Under the pieces are notes generated by a model. That model saw nothing but the letters and a program-made list of their open reading frames with translations, had not been told where the DNA came from and did no database searches. Below, piece after piece: positions 58,742 through 64,000 of a DNA stretch of 64,000 nt. Position 1 is the stretch's first letter; each line of letters opens with the position of its first letter. Source of the stretch: Candidatus Poribacteria bacterium (lineage in GTDB: Bacteria > Poribacteria > WGA-4E > WGA-3G); the NCBI GenBank assembly GCA_965197475.1, contig CBDANF010000002.1:1-64000 (forward strand). The letters are read 5' to 3'. Made by a program: the position numbers and the translations under genes.

Positions 58742-59524
58742 TTATTGTAAATCTAAAAATTTGTAAGGGTCAATACCCTCATCAAAACTGAGAATCTCTA
58801 AGTGAGATGGGATTTCTGAAGAATTACCTTTAAAAAGTTCCGCTTCAAATTTGTTAAACATCGTTTTGATATCGTTTTCATTGGTCACTGTTTTTTTCGG
58901 GAAATCGTCAGGATGTCCTAGTCTGCGAGCTACGTATCTTTCCACCGTGCCATCTGTCCTAATAAACTCACCCCATTTTACATATACCTTGCCTTGAATA
59001 ATGGGATATACCAACCCATCTTCGTCCATGGTAGCACCGTCGGTAAAAATTCCCTGCTTCCACAACTTTACTTGAACACGCGCTATTAATTCATGGTCTG
59101 CAGATGTATTGTTGAATGGATATTTGCCTGGCCAGTCCTCAGGAATCTCTGGATAGGGACCGAACCCGTAGGGGGAAACACGCACTTTGCGAGTCTTTGT
59201 TTTAGACGAGGGAGCATCACTGGTTTTCATCTTTTTAGACGTAAAGTCAGATATTCCAACGGTATCTTCGTTGACGAATGCCGTTTCTACATTTTCATTC
59301 CACTCGTCCTGCCCGCTTTCGCCTGTAGGGGTAGTTCGTATCCCTGTAACCTCTGAATCGCTTTTTTCATCTTCCAGTTGAACAATGAATGCCTCATGTG
59401 CTTCTGTCTCCTTTTGGATCTTTGCCATTTCATTTTGATACCAGAGCAAACATCCGATGGAACAGATAACACACAAGATGAAAGCCCCGAGGAACCACTT
59501 GTTAACTAAAACATCCCAGTACAT
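58742..59524 (-). CDS. Membrane-anchored protein of unknown function, allele 2
   Basis: Paralogue of 56686-57504; start MYWDVLVNKW. Confidence 0.8.
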   Translation of the reverse strand: MYWDVLVNKWFLGAFILCVICSIGCLLWYQNEMAKIQKETEAHEAFIVQLEDEKSDSEVTGIRTTPTGESGQDEWNENVETAFVNEDTVGISDFTSKKMKTSDAPSSKTKTRKVRVSPYGFGPYPEIPEDWPGKYPFNNTSADHELIARVQVKLWKQGIFTDGATMDEDGLVYPIIQGKVYVKWGEFIRTDGTVERYVARRLGHPDDFPKKTVTNENDIKTMFNKFEAELFKGNSSEIPSHLEILSFDEGIDPYKFLDLQ

Positions 59525-59888
59525 TTTCGTTTCCTTTATCAAATTTGCTAACAAAATTTATCTTCTATCGTCGCGCATAGTCTGCGGATTGAATAATAGA
59601 AGGAACACGCATCAAAATCAATCTTAAATGCTTTACGGCATTCAGCGAGAACGATCCGATGCAACAACAAAAGCTCGCGACAATATGCCTCGTTTGAGAC
59701 GAAGTACGTGCGGGCGCGAAAATATCGCAGCATATAATTCCTACGATAAGACCCTATAACCTAAATTTCAGCAAATGCTAAATTTCAGCAAATGTCAAAT
59801 TTATTTTACGAAATTTATCGGTTTTTACGTCATTTTTGCCAAATTATACACGCGAATTTTGTTTTTGTCAAATTAAATTCCGAAAATC

Positions 59889-61283
59889 TCACCATTCACC
59901 TTCCTTGAAGTCTTGACTTTGTAATCCGTAACTCTGCATTCGGTGCTGCAGCTGACGGCGAGAAATACCCAACAATTCTGCCGCTTTGGTTTGATTACCG
60001 TTCGTTTTTGTCAAAGCTGCATACACATATTCCTTGATAATATCATCCAAGGCAATGCCACCTTCAGGGATGTCAATCTCAAAATCCGTGGGTGGCAGTG
60101 AGGTGTCCAAAATTTCGGGAGGCAATTGATCTAAGTCAATGGATGCGTTTTCGGACAAAACATAGATACGATGGAGATAGTTTTCCAATTGGCGCACGTT
60201 CCCGGGCCAATGAAAACGGCACAGGGCAGACATTGCGCGTGGTGTAACCTGTTTCGGTTCCGCATCTACGTATTCATCGCTAAACTTTTGAATTAAGAAT
60301 TTCACAAGTGGCTCAATATCCTCAACGCGTTCACGAAGGGGTGGAAGATGGATGGGGATGACGTTCAAACGAAAGTAGAGGTCGGAACGAAAAGTTCCCT
60401 CTTTCACAGCTTGCACCAGATTCTTATTCGTTGCTGCAATAACACACACATCCACTTTAATGTTTTGGGTGCCGCCGATCCTCCGTATCTCATGTTTTTC
60501 CAACACATGGAGCAGTGTGCTTTGCATTTGGACAGATATATCTCCGATTTCATCAAGTAAAAGGGTGCCAGTATCGGCAATTTCAAAGATACCTTTTTTC
60601 TGCTGAACCGCGTCCGTGAATGCCCCTTTTTCATATCCAAACAGTTCGCTTTCAATTAAGGTTTCTGCAATTGCGCCACAATTTATTGACACGAATGGAC
60701 AATCTTTGCGGTTTCCATATTCGTGGAGTGCGCGTGCAACAAGGCTTTTGCCGCTACCCGTTTCACCTGTGATGAGAACTTGCCTAACCCCTCGGTGAAT
60801 GACTCTGGACATATTCTTAAAAAGTTGCTGCATTTTCTCGCTTTCCCCAACGATATAATCAACCTGAACCTCTGAGGAAGTATCGTCTGAATCTGGTTCG
60901 CCTTCAGTTAAGACACCGCGAGTTTGCAATGCGCGATTGACCTCGCGCTTAAGCACATCAATCTGAATTGGTTTTTCAAGATAATAAAATGCCCCCTCAT
61001 GCGCAACAAGATTTACAGCATCATTGAGTTCAGCGAATGCCGTAATGATCAACACTGGCAATCCAGGATCAATCTTTTTTATTTCTCGGAGTAGGTCACG
61101 CCCATCAAACCGCGAAGACATCCACATATCGCTGATGACGATATCAAACATCTGTTCCTTAATTTTTTCAAGTGCCGCTGTGCTATTTTCAACCGTTTTG
61201 ACATCGTATCCTTCGCGTTGTAAGATACGTTGCAAAATGGTGAGTTGTGCTTGGTCGTCGTCTACAATCAATATTGATGGCAT
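59889..61283 (-). CDS. Sigma54-dependent (NtrC/AtoC-type) response regulator
   Basis: Receiver ILIVDDD..D..K; GETGSGKS, ESELFG, GAFTDA, LLDEIG, WPGNVRQL; Fis HTH. Confidence 0.93.
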   Translation of the reverse strand: MPSILIVDDDQAQLTILQRILQREGYDVKTVENSTAALEKIKEQMFDIVISDMWMSSRFDGRDLLREIKKIDPGLPVLIITAFAELNDAVNLVAHEGAFYYLEKPIQIDVLKREVNRALQTRGVLTEGEPDSDDTSSEVQVDYIVGESEKMQQLFKNMSRVIHRGVRQVLITGETGSGKSLVARALHEYGNRKDCPFVSINCGAIAETLIESELFGYEKGAFTDAVQQKKGIFEIADTGTLLLDEIGDISVQMQSTLLHVLEKHEIRRIGGTQNIKVDVCVIAATNKNLVQAVKEGTFRSDLYFRLNVIPIHLPPLRERVEDIEPLVKFLIQKFSDEYVDAEPKQVTPRAMSALCRFHWPGNVRQLENYLHRIYVLSENASIDLDQLPPEILDTSLPPTDFEIDIPEGGIALDDIIKEYVYAALTKTNGNQTKAAELLGISRRQLQHRMQSYGLQSQDFKEGEW

Positions 61284-61360
61284 TTCTAAATCTCCACTGC
61301 TTACGTTGTAATCTAACGCTTTCTTGGTATCATGCTTATACCTCAGCATTCTGAATGTTT

Positions 61361-63202
61361 TTAAATCTCATCTGATTTCGGATTGCGAAACTCTTGTGCT
61401 TTTTTAACAGGAAAAGTGATTTTAAAAGCCGTTCCCATGCCAGCTTTGCTTCTCACTTCAACCTTGCCTTTATGTGCAGTGATAATCTGGTGTGAAATCG
61501 CAAGTCCAAGGCCAACACCTCCGTCAGATTCTTTGGTTGTGAAATAGGCATCGTAAATCAGTTCCTGATTTTCTTCTGGAATCCCAACACCGGTATCGCG
61601 TATCTCAAGCACGACGAAGAATACGTCACCGATATCTTCTAATGTTGTTGTAAGGTAAATGCTTCCGCCTTTGGTCATTGCCTGTATGCTATTTTGCACA
61701 AAGTTGAAAATTGTTTGACGCATTAATACTGCATCTAACTGCATATCCGGGAGTTCAGGATCGTAATTCCTAATAATTTGGACTCTTGCTTCTTCCGTAA
61801 CTAACACGAATTCAGAAATAACAGAATCCAAGAGAACGTTGAGATTTATCGGTGCTAAGTCCAGTTTTCGCGGACGATTGAGTGTTAAAAATTGCTCTGA
61901 TGTCTGTTTTAAATCTTGAATTTTCTCATCAACGATGTCTAAAAATTCTTTCGCTTCTTCAATATCTTCGGGACTGATTTCAGGTTGTGAGAAGATCGTC
62001 TTTAGATGTTGCGCGGTCATTCCGATTGAATTCAGAGGGTTACGAATTTCGTGTGCAACCCCAGCGGCGAACTGTCCAAGTGCGGCGATCTTTCTTGAAT
62101 GTGATGTTTTCAACTGAATAAACATCCGAACTAAATTACGGGTCGCCTTGCTGATTTCATCTGAGGCATATCTCTGCTGTAAGAAAGATGAAAAATTACC
62201 AGTTTCAGCTTTTTGAATGATCGCTGTCATTCGTGCAAGAGGTTTCATAATTAAGTGGTTCGTCATCAAATCAATCAGAACAACGAGCAACACGCCAACA
62301 ATCACAATAAAAATCGCATGCATTAACAATGATGAACGGATAGATTTCTCAATATATGGCACATCAAAAAGTACTCGGATATAACCATTGGCGTGTGCCG
62401 TGTGAATCCAAAAGGAGTCTTCCTCCTGCCATAAATCATAAACATATCCATTTCCTGTGTCTGTGTCTGTGATTTGCCATCGGTTCTTTTCTTCATCTAC
62501 TGCCACTGTTGCATCCGGTGACAGGTAGATTTTGTTTGATATGAACATCCGCCATAGCTCAAAAGGAAATTTACCTTGGTTAAGTGCTGTTTGATAATTG
62601 AACCCAGGTCGTACTTCAACATCTGTAATTGTTGTGCCTGGTGATAAATCAATTTTACTTGATATAAGTGCTTGCCAGACTTCAAGAGGAATTTCTTCAA
62701 CGTTTGAGGATGTTTGAGATCCCAGATCGGAGGGTTCCAATTTTTTTGGTGGAATAGTATATTTTATAATGAGGGTTGTTGCGTTTTGTCCCTCCATCGT
62801 ATCAATTATTGCACCGTCTTTTTCAATCTGATGAAGGTCATCCTGTCCTAAGATAAAATTCGCTTTCTCTTCGTGCGAAAATAAACTTGAACGGACGCGG
62901 GTATCACCTAAGGTAACCTGCACATTTAGAACATCCCGCATATCGGAGTGTTGTTTCAAGTTCAAAAGTGTCTGATCAATTCTTTCGGCATTAAATGCTT
63001 GCGAGGTGGTGAGTTCCGTAACAACTGCGTCAAGGATGGTATCCTCAGCGATTCTTTTCAGTGTAGCACCTTGCTTTGCACCTAAGGCGTGAAGCGCACT
63101 CATCTCTCTCCGCATTCGAATACTATCAAAAAAGTAGAAGGCGACGAGCACGGCAATGACGGTTAAGTTTATTATTAACGAGTATTTCCATTGCAGACGC
63201 AT
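61361..63202 (-). CDS. Membrane sensor histidine kinase
   Basis: Two TM helices, HAMP-like region, AHEIRNPL, N box, DTGVGI, YFTTK, GVGLGL. Confidence 0.93.
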   Translation of the reverse strand: MRLQWKYSLIINLTVIAVLVAFYFFDSIRMRREMSALHALGAKQGATLKRIAEDTILDAVVTELTTSQAFNAERIDQTLLNLKQHSDMRDVLNVQVTLGDTRVRSSLFSHEEKANFILGQDDLHQIEKDGAIIDTMEGQNATTLIIKYTIPPKKLEPSDLGSQTSSNVEEIPLEVWQALISSKIDLSPGTTITDVEVRPGFNYQTALNQGKFPFELWRMFISNKIYLSPDATVAVDEEKNRWQITDTDTGNGYVYDLWQEEDSFWIHTAHANGYIRVLFDVPYIEKSIRSSLLMHAIFIVIVGVLLVVLIDLMTNHLIMKPLARMTAIIQKAETGNFSSFLQQRYASDEISKATRNLVRMFIQLKTSHSRKIAALGQFAAGVAHEIRNPLNSIGMTAQHLKTIFSQPEISPEDIEEAKEFLDIVDEKIQDLKQTSEQFLTLNRPRKLDLAPINLNVLLDSVISEFVLVTEEARVQIIRNYDPELPDMQLDAVLMRQTIFNFVQNSIQAMTKGGSIYLTTTLEDIGDVFFVVLEIRDTGVGIPEENQELIYDAYFTTKESDGGVGLGLAISHQIITAHKGKVEVRSKAGMGTAFKITFPVKKAQEFRNPKSDEI

Positions 63203-63204
63203 TG

Positions 63205-64000
63205 TTACTCACCGTTTGCATTACAACTTAACCTTTGAATTACATCCCGCCAGGAACCAAGTTTTTCATCTCGTTGCGGACCATCTATTTGAGAGCAAAA
63301 GACGTTGTCAATTTTTCGGTGGTTCTCAAGTTCATCAATATCCTGCCACACACCTGTCGTAATACCTGCGAGGTACGCAGCACCGAGAGCCGTTGTTTCA
63401 ATCCGTTCTGGACGTTCTACATCTATACCTAAAATGTCTGCCTGAAACTGCATCAAAAAGTTATTAGCGACCGCACCCCCATCCACGCGCAACCGTTCAA
63501 GCGGGGTGTCAGCATCTGCGACCATGGCAGTGACCACATCTGCTGCTTGATAGGCGATCGATTCCAATGTCGCTCGGACAATATGTTCGCGGGTTGTGCC
63601 TCGTGTTAAGCCGAAGATTGCACCTCTGGCATCAGCATTCCAATAAGGTGCACCAAGACCTGTAAATGCTGGCACAACGATAACCCCTCCCGAGTCATTT
63701 ACACGGTTGGCAATAACCTCCGTTTCTGTAACAGATTCAATTATTTGTAGACCATCCCTGAGCCATTGCACCGCTGCGCCAGCAATAAACACACTCCCTT
63801 CCAACACATACATAGGTTTTTCATCAAGACTACAAGCAAGTGTCGTTAACAAACCTGCTTTTGACTCCACCCTTTTCGTCCCAGTATTTAGCATGAGGAA
63901 ACAACCTGTGCCATAAGTTGCCTTCACCATCCCCGGTTCCCAACAAAGTTGACCGAAAAGCGCAGATTGCTGGTCGCCAGCAATGCCCGCAATTGGTATT
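63205..64000 (-). CDS. glpK: Glycerol kinase, C-terminal part (runs off window end)
   Basis: [65 protein letters not shown]. Confidence 0.93.
   Translation of the reverse strand, partial: IPIAGIAGDQQSALFGQLCWEPGMVKATYGTGCFLMLNTGTKRVESKAGLLTTLACSLDEKPMYVLEGSVFIAGAAVQWLRDGLQIIESVTETEVIANRVNDSGGVIVVPAFTGLGAPYWNADARGAIFGLTRGTTREHIVRATLESIAYQAADVVTAMVADADTPLERLRVDGGAVANNFLMQFQADILGIDVERPERIETTALGAAYLAGITTGVWQDIDELENHRKIDNVFCSQIDGPQRDEKLGSWRDVIQRLSCNANGE

Larger units (their letters stand above)
56709..60247. repeat. Tandem duplication of about 1.5 kb (56709-58210 versus 58744-60247)
   Basis: Near-identical regulator 3' end, intergenic leader and 5' part of the gene; 3' part homologous but diverged; offset 2020-2037 bp. 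Confidence 0.9.

Noticed and set aside
59889-60247. Regulator 3' duplication as the att site of an integrative element
   Set aside because: The repeat extends about 1.1 kb beyond the gene end and no integrase lies between the copies
204-63916. Numerous 60-130 aa ORFs overlapping or antisense to long genes
   Set aside because: Shadow frames without RBS or motifs
1-64000. CRISPR array, tRNA or rRNA genes
   Set aside because: No regularly spaced repeat-spacer series, cloverleaf or rRNA signature was noticed by eye

Overview
Bacterial DNA of roughly 40-45% GC (estimated by eye). It is most likely Candidatus Poribacteria, a sponge symbiont, inferred from two recurrent C-terminal signatures (KLxTxWAxxK and dockerin-like + NxPNPFNPETWIPY/FlgD-Ig), several PhyH/LamG/sulfatase genes and an internalin-like LRR protein. 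Left part: partial adenosine deaminase, a GT-C-like membrane protein, a PL2 lyase, a 1.6-kb gene-free stretch (orphan promoters, three 72-bp sites, a MITE), lipoprotein paralogues, PhyH dioxygenases, a phosphoesterase, a metallopeptidase and a sugar-acid dehydratase/SDR pair. Middle (16.9-47.4 kb, minus strand): a surface-glycan cluster with priming sugar transferase, two GT4, Wzi, Wzy/WaaL, MurJ-type flippase, four sulfotransferases, three Tat-exported sulfatases and a GH79/GH51-like hydrolase, plus FG-GAP, LRR, LTD and beta-helix surface proteins. A 2.0-kb IR-bounded element carrying only two DUF1670-like genes and no recognisable transposase interrupts this cluster; it is the best novel-system candidate. 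An IS1-family element with an outward promoter precedes the cluster. Right part: hen1-pnkp RNA-repair operon, TrpD-like gene, a second MITE, an IS5-like element, a tandem two-allele cassette region after a sigma54 two-component system, and partial glpK. No rRNA, tRNA or CRISPR array was seen. Four single-base frameshifts in short runs may be sequencing errors. All family calls come from motif recognition by eye; no database searches were run.
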